The notes under the pieces are model-generated. The model was given only the letters and a program-made list of their open reading frames with translations, searched no databases and was not told where the DNA came from. A DNA stretch of 7,893 bases, from IMG/VR virus record IMGVR_UViG_2693429536_000010. One strand, written 5' to 3'. The first letter of the stretch is position 1. The number at the start of each line of letters is the position of its first letter. Below are positions 1-7,893 of this stretch, in pieces. This DNA is from a virus. Taxonomy: Duplodnaviria > Heunggongvirae > Uroviricota > Caudoviricetes. A program made the translations under genes and the position numbers.

Positions 1-223
1 CACACTTCCAGCTTTCTGCATCCAGCCAGCGACCATGCCATTCAACCTGACGAGAGACGTCACCTAAGCAGGCCCATAGCTTCCTGTTTTGGTCTAAGCT
101 GCGGTTGCGTTCCTGAATGGTTACTACGATTGGTTTGGTTGGGTCTGGAAGGATTTGCTGTACTGCGTGAATAGCGTTTTGCTGATGTGCTGGAGATCGA
201 ATTTCAAAGGTTAGTTTTTTCAT
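1..223 (-). CDS. ninB: NinB recombination protein, partial (start codon at 221-223, runs off the window edge)
   Basis: Minus-strand translation from 223 reads MKKLTFEIRSPAHQQNAIHAVQQILPDPTKPIVVTIQERNRSLDQNRKLWACLGDVSRQVEWHGRWLDAESWKC, which I recognise as the lambda NinB N-terminus. Not in the ORF track because no stop codon lies in the window. Confidence 0.85.
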   Translation of the reverse strand, partial: MKKLTFEIRSPAHQQNAIHAVQQILPDPTKPIVVTIQERNRSLDQNRKLWACLGDVSRQVEWHGRWLDAESWKC

Positions 224-240
224 GACTTCCCTCTCCCCCA

Positions 241-271
241 AATAAAAAGGCCTGCGATTACCAGCAGGCCT
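241..271 (-). terminator. Rho-independent terminator between ren and ninB (lambda tR2 position)
   Basis: Perfect 8-bp inverted repeat AGGCCTGC (248-255) / GCAGGCCT (264-271) with an 8-nt loop, followed on the minus-strand transcript by UUUUUAUU (241-247). Lies just downstream of the ren stop. Confidence 0.7.
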
Positions 272-296
272 GTTATTAGCTCAGTGATGTAGATGG

Positions 297-587
297 TCAT
301 CTTTTAACTCCATATACCGCCAATACCCGTTTCATCGCGGCACTCTGGCGACACTCCTTAAAAATCAGGTTCGTGCTCATCTTTCCTTCCCGTTCTTCCC
401 TAGTAGCGAACCGGTAATACACCGTTCGCCAGACCTTACCTTCGATAACCAGAAGACCTGCCCGTGCCATTTTAGCCGCGGCCTGATTTATGCTGGTTAC
501 TGTTGCGCCTGTTAACGCGGCAACGTCCGGCGCACAGAAGCTATTATGCGTCCCCAGGTAATGAATAATTGCCTCTTTGCCCGTCAT
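297..587 (-). CDS. ren: Ren protein (96 aa)
   Basis: 96-aa ORF in the lambda position after P; start overlaps the P stop (ATGA-type overlap at 584-587). Sequence MTGKEAIIHYLGTHNSFCAPDVAALTG... recognised as lambda Ren. Confidence 0.9.
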   Translation of the reverse strand: MTGKEAIIHYLGTHNSFCAPDVAALTGATVTSINQAAAKMARAGLLVIEGKVWRTVYYRFATREEREGKMSTNLIFKECRQSAAMKRVLAVYGVKR

Positions 588-1285
588 ACACTTGCTCCTT
601 TCAGCCCAAACTTAGCTTTGATTTCTGCGATCTTCGCCAGAGCCTGTGCACGATTTAGAGGTCTACCGCCCATGACAGGAAGTTGTTTTACTGGTTCAGG
701 TATAGCCTCACCACGGTTAATTCGTGCGGTCATACAGGACAGTTCATCGGCAGCCTTGCGCCGTAATTCCGCATCAGTAAGCGCATTGGCCCGCATGTTC
801 TGATACAGGTTGGTAACCAGCCAGTAGTGCGCGTTTGATTTCCACGGATAAGACTCCGCATCCGGATACAGGCCTCGCTTCCGGCAATACTCGTAAACCA
901 TATCAACCAGCTCGCTGACGTTTGGCAGTCCGGCGATAACGGATGCTTCTTCCCGGCACCATGCAACAAACTGCCCGGGTGATGGCAGAAATGGTCGATT
1001 CTGCCGACGGGCTACGCGCATTCCTGCGTTAACCTGTTCCATTGTGGTGATCCCGTTTTCCCGGAAAGCCAGAACCCACTGGCGGCGGATTTCGTTCAGT
1101 TCGTTCTGGTCACGGTTAGCCAGGCTCGCCGGGAAAGTTGCCAGTAACTGGCTGAACACACCGTTGATGATCTGCGCTACCTGCTGTACCTGAGGCTTTT
1201 CGTCGTACTGTTCCGGCATGTTGTTGGCGATCCGACGCATCTGCTCACGGTCAAAGTTAACCATCTGTGCGGCGATGTTTTTCAT
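584..1285 (-). CDS. P: Replication protein P (DnaB helicase loader), 233 aa
   Basis: 233-aa ORF MKNIAAQMVNFDREQMRRIANNMPEQYDEKPQ... recognised as lambda P; overlaps the O stop by 4 nt as in lambda. Confidence 0.95.
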   Translation of the reverse strand: MKNIAAQMVNFDREQMRRIANNMPEQYDEKPQVQQVAQIINGVFSQLLATFPASLANRDQNELNEIRRQWVLAFRENGITTMEQVNAGMRVARRQNRPFLPSPGQFVAWCREEASVIAGLPNVSELVDMVYEYCRKRGLYPDAESYPWKSNAHYWLVTNLYQNMRANALTDAELRRKAADELSCMTARINRGEAIPEPVKQLPVMGGRPLNRAQALAKIAEIKAKFGLKGASV

Positions 1286-2181
1286 AAATCCACCCCGTAA
1301 ATCCAGTCTGTGTTTGTCAGGTCGAGTTTTGGTTTGCTGGCTGTCACGACTGCCTGTTGCTTGTTACGGTTGATTTCGAGCTGGGTCCACTTGTCGCGGA
1401 GTTTGGCCGGGCTCAGCACATTACCGGACCAGAAGTTGTCCTGGCAGGCCCAGCGGAACAGCACACACATATCGCGGTGGTTACGTCCGTCACGTTCACG
1501 CATCAGGCGGATATCGTTAGCCCACCCTGCAAAATTCGGTTTTCTGGCTGATGGCGCGATAGTCTTCACCATGTCAAACATCCACTCTGCGGCGGTCAGG
1601 TCTTCTGCTGTCCCCCATTTGCTGCCGCTCTGAATTGCAGCATCAGGTTTCACCACAGAAAGGTCGTTTTCTGGCTGGTCAGAGGATTCGCCAGAATTCT
1701 CTGACGAATAATCTTTTCTATTTTCTTTTGTATTAGTGTCTTTTGTGTTCCCCTGTTTTGAGGGATAGCAATCCCCCAATTTGAGGGATGTTTTATCCCT
1801 CGTTTTAGGGGATTTTCCCTCGTTTTGAGGGATACACCATTCTGAGATGTTTTTATTTGGTCCAAACATGCCGCCTTGCTGCTTGATAATATTCATTCTG
1901 ACGAGTTCTAACTTGGCTTCATTGCACCGTTTGACAGGTAACTTTGTAATCTCGCTAAGTTGAGAATCGGTGATTCTGTCCATTGGTTTATTCCACCCAT
2001 AGGTTTTACGCAGAATGGCAAGCAGCACTTTAAACTGTCGCTTGGTCAGATCTGCGCCTGAATAAGCCTCAAGCAGCATATTTGATAGTCTGGCGTAACC
2101 ATCATCGAGATCTGCCACATTACGCTCCTGTCCGGCAAAGTTACCTCTGCCGAAGTTGAGTATTTTTGCTGTATTTGTCAT
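1282..2181 (-). CDS. O: Replication initiator protein O, 299 aa
   Basis: 299-aa ORF MTNTAKILNFGRGNFAGQERNVADLDDGYARLSNMLLEAYSGADLTKRQFKVLLAILRKTYGWNKPMDRITDSQLSEITKLPVKRCNEAKLELV... recognised as lambda O; contains the ori iterons internally. Confidence 0.95.
   Translation of the reverse strand: MTNTAKILNFGRGNFAGQERNVADLDDGYARLSNMLLEAYSGADLTKRQFKVLLAILRKTYGWNKPMDRITDSQLSEITKLPVKRCNEAKLELVRMNIIKQQGGMFGPNKNISEWCIPQNEGKSPKTRDKTSLKLGDCYPSKQGNTKDTNTKENRKDYSSENSGESSDQPENDLSVVKPDAAIQSGSKWGTAEDLTAAEWMFDMVKTIAPSARKPNFAGWANDIRLMRERDGRNHRDMCVLFRWACQDNFWSGNVLSPAKLRDKWTQLEINRNKQQAVVTASKPKLDLTNTDWIYGVDL
1700..1748. other. AT-rich DNA-unwinding region of ori-lambda, adjacent to the iterons
   Basis: Sequence ctgacgaataatcttttctattttcttttgtattagtgtcttttgtgttc is strongly AT-rich and lies immediately next to the iterons on the side expected for O-strand orientation. 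Confidence 0.7.
1749..1833. repeat. ori-lambda iterons: four tandem ~17-bp O-binding repeats, each an internal palindrome
   Basis: Plus strand shows TCCCCTGTTTTGAGGGA (1749-1765), ATCCCCCAATTTGAGGGA (1771-1788), TCCCTCGTTTTAGGGGA (1796-1812) and TCCCTCGTTTTGAGGGA (1817-1833), spaced about 22-23 bp apart inside the O coding region. Confidence 0.9.
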
Positions 2182-2184
2182 AAT
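2156..2184 (+). promoter_or_regulatory. pO promoter for oop RNA
   Basis: TTGAGT (2156-2161), 17-bp spacer, CATAAT (2179-2184), placed 7 nt upstream of the oop 5' end at 2192. Overlaps the O start codon on the opposite strand. Confidence 0.6.
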
Positions 2185-2191
2185 GACTCCT

Positions 2192-2268
2192 GTTGATAGT
2201 TCCAGTAATAACCTCAGAATTCCATCTGGATTTGTTCAGAACGCTCGGTTGCCGCCGGGCGTTTTTTA
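2192..2268 (+). ncRNA. oop: oop antisense RNA (~77 nt), overlapping the cII 3' end
   Basis: GTTGATAGTTCCAGTAATAACCTCAGAATTCCATCTGGATTTGTTCAGAACGCTCGGTTGCCGCCGGGCGTTTTTTATT matches the lambda oop RNA as I recall it; ends in a GC-rich hairpin plus T6 tract (2262-2267). Confidence 0.8.
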
Positions 2269-2507
2269 TTGGTGAGAATCGAAGCAACTTGTCGTGCCAA
2301 TCGAGCCATGTCGTCGTCGACGACACCCCATTCAAGAACAGCAAGCAGCATTGAGAACTTTGGAATCCAATCCCTCTTCCACCTGCTGATCTGCGACTTA
2401 TCAACTCCCACAGCTTCCGCTGTCTTCTCAGTTCCAAGCATTGCGATTTTGTTAAGCAACGCACTCTCGATTCGTAGAGCCTCGTTGCGTTTGTTTGCAC
2501 GAACCAT
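2214..2507 (-). CDS. cII: Transcriptional activator CII (97 aa)
   Basis: MVRANKRNEALRIESALLNKIAMLGTEKTAEAVGVDKSQISRWKRDWIPKFSMLLAVLEWGVVDDDMARLARQVASILTNKKRPAATERSEQIQMEF recognised as lambda CII. Start chosen at the internal Met (CAT at 2505-2507); the ORF-track 5' extension to 2567 runs across pRE and has no support. Confidence 0.95.
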   Translation of the reverse strand: MVRANKRNEALRIESALLNKIAMLGTEKTAEAVGVDKSQISRWKRDWIPKFSMLLAVLEWGVVDDDMARLARQVASILTNKKRPAATERSEQIQMEF

Positions 2508-2520
2508 ATGTAAGTATTTC
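2485..2520 (+). promoter_or_regulatory. pRE promoter with CII-binding direct repeat TTGC-N6-TTGC
   Basis: TTGC (2485-2488) GTTTGT TTGC (2495-2498) flanks the -35 position; candidate -10 around TAAGTAT (2511-2517). Oriented toward cI, overlapping the cII start on the other strand, as in lambda. Confidence 0.8.
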
Positions 2521-2586
2521 CTTAGATAACAATTGATTGAATGTATGCAAATAAATGCATACACCATAGGTGTGGTTTATTTTGAT

Positions 2587-2618
2587 GCCCTTTTTCAGGG
2601 CTGGGATGTGTAAGAGCG
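2587..2618 (-). promoter_or_regulatory. nutR N-utilisation site (boxA + boxB)
   Basis: On the minus-strand transcript: boxA CGCTCTTA (revcomp of 2611-2618), then boxB hairpin GCCCTGAAAAAGGGC (revcomp of 2587-2601), located between cro and cII. The rho-dependent tR1 is expected just downstream (about 2510-2586) but cannot be defined from sequence. Confidence 0.85.
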
Positions 2619-2626
2619 GGAATGTC

Positions 2627-3967
<1,341 letters not shown>

Positions 3968-4017
3968 TCCCCACCTCAATCTCGATAACAAAAAAACAAA
4001 CTATTTTCCGTTTAAAA

Positions 4018-4085
4018 ACAATGGAGTTTGTTTTTCACGCCCCTTTTTACAATATTTCTTGTTTACAACATACAATCTTCCTTGT
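4018..4085. promoter_or_regulatory. Left operator OL3-OL2-OL1, 434 type
   Basis: Three 14-bp ACAA-N6-TTGT sites: ACAATGGAGTTTGT (4018-4031), ACAATATTTCTTGT (4049-4062), ACAATCTTCCTTGT (4072-4085). Confidence 0.8.
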
Positions 4086-4090
4086 AATTT
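4062..4090 (+). promoter_or_regulatory. pL promoter
   Basis: -35 TTTACA (4062-4067), 17-bp spacer, -10 TAATTT (4085-4090), overlapping OL1/OL2. The predicted start near 4097 gives a leader of about 222 nt to N, the same as I recall for lambda. Confidence 0.6.
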
Positions 4091-4130
4091 TAAGCCATCA
4101 GCAGGACGCACTGACCACCATTGAAGGTGA

Positions 4131-4161
4131 GGCTCTTAAAAATTAAGCCCTGAAGAAGGGC
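4131..4161 (+). promoter_or_regulatory. nutL N-utilisation site (boxA + boxB)
   Basis: boxA-like GGCTCTTAA (4131-4139; first base G where lambda has C, from memory) followed by boxB hairpin GCCCTGAAGAAGGGC (4147-4161). Confidence 0.85.
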
Positions 4162-4318
4162 AGCATTCAAAGCAGAAGGCTTTGGTGTGTGTGATACGAA
4201 ACGAAGCATTGGCCGGAAGTGCGAATCCGGATTAGCTGCCAATGTGCCATTGCGGGGTGTTTTCGTTCAGGACTACGACTCCCACACACAACCAAAGCTA
4301 ACTGACAGGAGAATCCAG

Positions 4319-4642
4319 ATGGATGCACAAACACGCCGCCGCGAACGTCGCGCAGAGAAACAGGCTCAATGGAAAGCAGCAAATCCCCTGTTGGTTGGGG
4401 TAAGCGCTAAACCAGTTAACCGCCCTATTCTCTCGCTGAATCGCAAACCGAAATCACGAGTAGAAAGCGCACTGAATCCGATAGACCTTACGGTGCTGGC
4501 TGAATACCACGAACAGATTGAAAGCAACCTGCAACGTATTGAGCGCAAGAATCATCGAGTTTGGTATAGCAAGCCAGGTGAGTTCGGTATAACTTGTCAA
4601 GGAAGACAAAAGGTTAAAGGGGAATCCATTCCATTGGCATGA
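4319..4642 (+). CDS. N: Antitermination protein N (107 aa), lambda type
   Basis: MDAQTRRRERRAEKQAQWKAANPLLVGVSAKPVNRPILSLNRKPKSRVESALNPIDLTVLAEYHEQIESNLQRIERKNHRVWYSKPGEFGITCQGRQKVKGESIPLA recognised as lambda N with an Arg-rich N-terminal motif. Start at the internal Met; the ORF-track extension to 4187 would cross nutL. Confidence 0.95.
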   Translation: MDAQTRRRERRAEKQAQWKAANPLLVGVSAKPVNRPILSLNRKPKSRVESALNPIDLTVLAEYHEQIESNLQRIERKNHRVWYSKPGEFGITCQGRQKVKGESIPLA

Positions 4643-4650
4643 GGTACGTA

Positions 4651-5520
4651 ATGAAGAAGATTGATTACAAGTCCATACCAAAACCAATAGACTCAGCATC
4701 AGAGCGAAAAAAACACAAAAAAGAGGCTGAAAAATTAGCAAATTATATCAGTTTTATTAGAAACAATGCTCACGGCGATGGCGACAAGAAGTTGCTTTCA
4801 GATGCTCGGACCCAAGCGTTCGGTATACTTCGTAAGCAGATGCAATATCGTCTTCATCCTGGCTACATAATTGAAATTCGCCCTACTGAAAGACAATTGT
4901 TCTTATTAAACTCTGTCTTTGACTTTGTAAACGTAGTTGGAGATCTTATCGACAGGTCTGTAGATAAGGATCCTGATACAAATAGTTTTCTTCTAACAAA
5001 TAAAGAATACTTATATGGTAAATTCGGTATAAACGGATGGCAAAAATATGTACGCTTCTTACGTGCATTCGTTGATGCGTATAAAAATTCCGACATGATT
5101 TATACATATTTGCCTGGTGGTGATAATTGTACGCTTTCGGCAGACAATAGAATATTCATACCTGTACTTGGTCTTGGGCTGATTAATGCAGTAAATGAAA
5201 AAGATGTTATAATTGTTAAGCAGTGGCGAAAATATGAGGGATATAGATATCTGCCATGCTTTGATATATTAAAAATACAGAATAAATTCTATGTAAAAAT
5301 TAAATATAAAGAAGATATTTTCTTCCTCAGAAAAAACAAAGATCTTTTACAAGAACTTTCTGGTACAATAGATGTCATCTTAGGTTCTAGGTTTATAAAA
5401 GAACTGAAAGAAAGCAGGTCTTTCTCTCGTGTAGAGATAAGCGAGTCAGAGTTATGGGGTATATCAAATAATCCTGTAAACCACGCTCACCAACGAAACC
5501 CAAACAAAAAGTGGTCATAA
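4651..5520 (+). CDS. Hypothetical protein (289 aa), AT-rich accessory gene in the lambda sieB-ral position
   Basis: Long ORF MKKIDYKSIPKPIDSASERKKHKKEAEKLANYISF... with a GAGG Shine-Dalgarno (4641-4644) 6 nt before the ATG at 4651. An alternative ATG at 4639 overlaps the N stop. Very Lys/Asn/Ile/Tyr-rich; spot counts of 60-bp lines give roughly 17-40% GC against about 50% in flanking phage genes. No known family recognised. Confidence 0.7.
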   Translation: MKKIDYKSIPKPIDSASERKKHKKEAEKLANYISFIRNNAHGDGDKKLLSDARTQAFGILRKQMQYRLHPGYIIEIRPTERQLFLLNSVFDFVNVVGDLIDRSVDKDPDTNSFLLTNKEYLYGKFGINGWQKYVRFLRAFVDAYKNSDMIYTYLPGGDNCTLSADNRIFIPVLGLGLINAVNEKDVIIVKQWRKYEGYRYLPCFDILKIQNKFYVKIKYKEDIFFLRKNKDLLQELSGTIDVILGSRFIKELKESRSFSRVEISESELWGISNNPVNHAHQRNPNKKWS

Positions 5521-5662
5521 CCCGCTCAGGCGGATTTCATTTTCACGCAAACAACAGAATAAACACAGCGCTGTGTATTCATTCCAACGAGTGAATACAC
5601 GGAGCAATGTCGCTCGTAACTAAACAGGAGCCGACTTGTTCTGATTATTGGAAATCTTCTTT

Positions 5663-5690
5663 GCCCTCCAAGATGAGGGCGATTTTTTAT
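5663..5690 (+). terminator. Rho-independent terminator downstream of the AT-rich gene, upstream of ea10
   Basis: GCCCTC (5663-5668), loop caagat, GAGGGC (5675-5680), followed by GATTTTTTAT (5681-5690). Confidence 0.65.
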
Positions 5691-5708
5691 CTGTGAGGAT
5701 ATGAACAG

Positions 5709-6077
5709 ATGTCAAACATCAAAAAATACATCATTGATTACGACTGGAAAGCATCAATAGAAATTGAAATCGACCATGACGTAATGACAGAGGAAAAACT
5801 TCACCAGATTAATAATTTCTGGTCAGACTCTGAATACCGACTCAATAAACACGGCTCTGTATTAAATGCTGTATTAATCATGCTGGCGCAACATGCTCTG
5901 CTTATAGCAATTTCAAGCGACTTAAATGCATATGGTGTTGTGTGTGAGTTCGACTGGAATGATGGAAATGGTCAGGAAGGATGGCCTCCAATGGATGGTA
6001 GTGAAGGAATAAGAATTACCGATATCGATACATCAGAAATATTTGATTCAGATGATATGACTATCAAGGCCGCCTGA
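5709..6077 (+). CDS. ea10: Ea10 protein (122 aa)
   Basis: 122-aa acidic ORF MSNIKKYIIDYDWKASIEIEIDHDVMTEEKLHQINNFWSDSEYRLNKHGS... in the lambda ea10 position; GAGGAT Shine-Dalgarno 8 nt upstream. The 72-bp gap to cIII matches the lambda spacing as I recall it. Confidence 0.8.
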   Translation: MSNIKKYIIDYDWKASIEIEIDHDVMTEEKLHQINNFWSDSEYRLNKHGSVLNAVLIMLAQHALLIAISSDLNAYGVVCEFDWNDGNGQEGWPPMDGSEGIRITDIDTSEIFDSDDMTIKAA

Positions 6078-6149
6078 GCGCGGCGTTACCGCATACCAAT
6101 TACGCTTCACTCGAGGCGTTTTTCGTTATGTATAAATAAGGAGCACACC

Positions 6150-6293
6150 ATGCAATATGCCATTGCAGGGTGGCCTGTTGCTGGCTGCCCTTCCGAATCT
6201 TTACTTGAACGAATCACCCGTAAATTACGTGACGGATGGAAACGCCTTATCGACATACTTAATCAGCCAGGAGTCCCAAAAAATGGATATTAA
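6150..6293 (+). CDS. cIII: CIII (FtsH inhibitor), 47-aa variant with altered, shortened C-terminus
   Basis: AAGGAG Shine-Dalgarno (6138-6143). [47 protein letters not shown] matches lambda CIII through ...PKNG, then ends 7 residues short of the 54-aa lambda protein. Below the ORF-track length cut-off. Confidence 0.8.
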   Translation: MQYAIAGWPVAGCPSESLLERITRKLRDGWKRLIDILNQPGVPKNGY

Positions 6294-6403
6294 TACTGAA
6301 ACTGAGATCAAGCAAAAGCATTCACTAACCCCCTTTCCTGTTTTCCTAATCAGCCCGGCATTTCGCGGGCGATATTTTCACAGCCATTTTCAGGAGTTCG
6401 GCC
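6283..6403 (+). pseudogene. gam: N-terminal extension of the long Gam form (GamL), out of frame with the gam body
   Basis: ATG at 6283 encodes [34 protein letters not shown], recognised as the GamL N-terminus, in frame 1. The rest of Gam (from 6404) is in frame 2. This segment is 121 nt where lambda has 120, consistent with +1 nt in the T4 run at 6387-6390. Confidence 0.6.
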
Positions 6404-6700
6404 ATGAACGCTTATTACATTCAGGATCGTCTTGAGGCTCAGAGCTGGGCGCGTCACTACCAGCAGATAGCCCGTGAAGAGAAAGAGGCAGAACTGGCAG
6501 ACGACATGGAAAAAGGCCTGCCCCAGCACCTGTTTGAATCGCTATGCATCGGTCATTTGCAACGCCACGGGGCCAGCAAAAAAGCCATTACCCGTGCGTT
6601 TGATGACGATGTTGAGTTTCAGGAGCGCATGGCAGAACACATCCGGTACATGGTTGAAACCATTGCTCACCATCAGGTTGATATTGATTCAGAGGTATAA
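6404..6700 (+). CDS. gam: Gam, RecBCD inhibitor, short form GamS (98 aa), intact
   Basis: [98 protein letters not shown] is near-identical to lambda Gam from its internal Met; GGAG upstream. Confidence 0.9.
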   Translation: MNAYYIQDRLEAQSWARHYQQIAREEKEAELADDMEKGLPQHLFESLCIGHLQRHGASKKAITRAFDDDVEFQERMAEHIRYMVETIAHHQVDIDSEV

Positions 6701-6705
6701 AACGG

Positions 6706-7491
6706 ATGAGTACAGCACTCGCAACGCTGGCAGGGAAGCTGGCTGAACGTGTCGGCATGGATTCTGTCGACCCACAGGAACTGATCACCACTCTTCGCCA
6801 GACGGCATTTAAAGGCGATGCCAGCGATGCGCAGTTCATCGCATTGTTGATCGTCGCCAACCAGTACGGCCTTAATCCGTGGACGAAAGAAATTTACGCC
6901 TTCCCTGATAAGCAGAACGGCATCGTTCCGGTGGTGGGCGTTGATGGCTGGTCCCGCATCATCAATGAAAACCAGCAGTTTGATGGCATGGACTTTGAGC
7001 AGGACAATGAATCCTGTACATGCCGGATTTACCGCAAGGACCGTAATCATCCGATCTGCGTTACCGAATGGATGGATGAATGCCGCCGCGAACCATTCAA
7101 AACCCGCGAAGGCAGAGAAATCACGGGGCCGTGGCAGTCGCATCCTAAACGGATGTTACGGCATAAAGCTATGATTCAGTGTGCCCGTCTGGCCTTCGGA
7201 TTTGCTGGTATCTATGACAAGGATGAAGCCGAGCGCATTGTCGAAAATACTGCATACACTGCAGAACGTCAGCCGGAACGCGACATCACTCCGGTTAACG
7301 ATGAAACCATGCAGGAGATTAACACTCTGCTGATCGCCCTGGATAAAACATGGGATGACGACTTATTGCCGCTCTGTTCCCAGATATTTCGCCGCGACAT
7401 TCGCGCATCGTCAGAACTGACACAGGCAGAAGCAATGAAAGCTCTTGGATTCCTGAAACAGAAAGCCTCTGAACAGAAGGTGGCTGTATGA
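6706..7491 (+). CDS. bet: Bet (Red-beta) single-strand annealing recombinase, 261 aa
   Basis: [100 protein letters not shown]... recognised as lambda Bet; starts 5 nt after the gam stop as in lambda. Confidence 0.95.
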   Translation: MSTALATLAGKLAERVGMDSVDPQELITTLRQTAFKGDASDAQFIALLIVANQYGLNPWTKEIYAFPDKQNGIVPVVGVDGWSRIINENQQFDGMDFEQDNESCTCRIYRKDRNHPICVTEWMDECRREPFKTREGREITGPWQSHPKRMLRHKAMIQCARLAFGFAGIYDKDEAERIVENTAYTAERQPERDITPVNDETMQEINTLLIALDKTWDDDLLPLCSQIFRRDIRASSELTQAEAMKALGFLKQKASEQKVAV

Positions 7492-7795
7492 CACCGGACA
7501 TTATCCTGCAGCGTACCGGAATCGACGTGAGAGCTGTCGAACAGGGGGATGATGCGTGGCACAAATTACGGCTCGGCGTCATCACCGCTTCAGAAGTTCA
7601 CAATGTGATAGCAAAACCCCGCTCCGGAAAGAAATGGCCTGACATGAAAATGTCCTACTTCCACACCCTGCTTGCCGAGGTTTGCACCGGTGTGGCTCCG
7701 GAAGTTAACGCTAAGGCGCTGGCCTGGGGAATACAGTACGAGAACGACGCCAGAGCCCTCTTTGAGTTCACTTCCGGCGTGAATGTTACTGAATC
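7488..7795 (+). pseudogene. exo: exo (lambda exonuclease / Red-alpha), truncated; only the N-terminal ~103 codons are lambda-like
   Basis: Start overlaps the bet stop (ATGA). Translation matches lambda Exo through ...[12 protein letters not shown] (codon 103), then diverges at nt 7796 into 23 unrelated codons ending at the stop at 7866-7868. Lambda Exo is about 226 aa. Confidence 0.8.

Positions 7796-7893
<98 letters not shown>

Noticed and set aside
1749-1833. Tandem repeats checked as a possible CRISPR array
   Set aside because: The repeats are the four ori-lambda iterons inside the O gene: palindromic, about 17 bp, with short spacers and no cas context. No CRISPR array is present in the window.
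2508-2567. 5' extension of cII to 117 aa
   Set aside because: The extra 20 codons cover pRE and the cII leader; lambda CII is 97 aa.
3994-4033. 9-bp inverted repeat AAACAAACT / AGTTTGTTT considered as a possible tImm terminator after the rex-position gene
   Set aside because: It is AT-rich with a 22-nt loop and no GC stem, and the right arm is part of the OL3 operator. More likely an operator-region symmetry than a terminator.
4187-4318. 5' extension of the N ORF to 151 aa
   Set aside because: The extension begins inside the nutL/leader region with no Shine-Dalgarno. Lambda N is 107 aa and starts at MDAQTRRRERR.
5607-5696. 29-codon ORF (MSLVTKQEPTCSDYWKSSLPSKMRAIFYL) in the intergenic region before ea10
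   Set aside because: Very short, no convincing Shine-Dalgarno, and its 3' end is formed by the terminator hairpin. More likely non-coding structured RNA or DNA.
6069-6085. Short GC hairpin GCCGC-ctgagc-GCGGC at the ea10 stop
   Set aside because: Only a 5-bp stem and no following T-tract. Insufficient to call an intrinsic terminator.

Overview
This window is the early/immunity region of a lambda-backbone lambdoid (pro)phage, in reverse orientation to the standard lambda map. Minus strand, from pR: cro, nutR, cII, O (with ori iterons), P, ren, tR2 and the start of ninB. Plus strand: cI, a rex-position gene, OL/pL, nutL, N, an AT-rich gene, ea10, cIII, gam, bet and a truncated exo. The cI/cro/operator module is the phage 434 immunity type (14-bp ACAA-N6-TTGT operators), while N, cII, O, P, ren, cIII, gam, bet and exo are lambda-like. 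Two accessory genes sit where lambda carries rexAB and sieB-ral: a 130-aa signal-peptide protein translationally coupled to cI, and an AT-rich 289-aa ORF directly after N. These are the best candidates for an undescribed lysogen-protection or defense function. The recombination module shows decay: exo is truncated by what looks like an IS21-family insertion, kil is absent at a shortened cIII-gam junction, and the long Gam form is frameshifted. All identifications rest on reading translated sequence and motifs by eye and from memory of lambda and 434; no database search was run.
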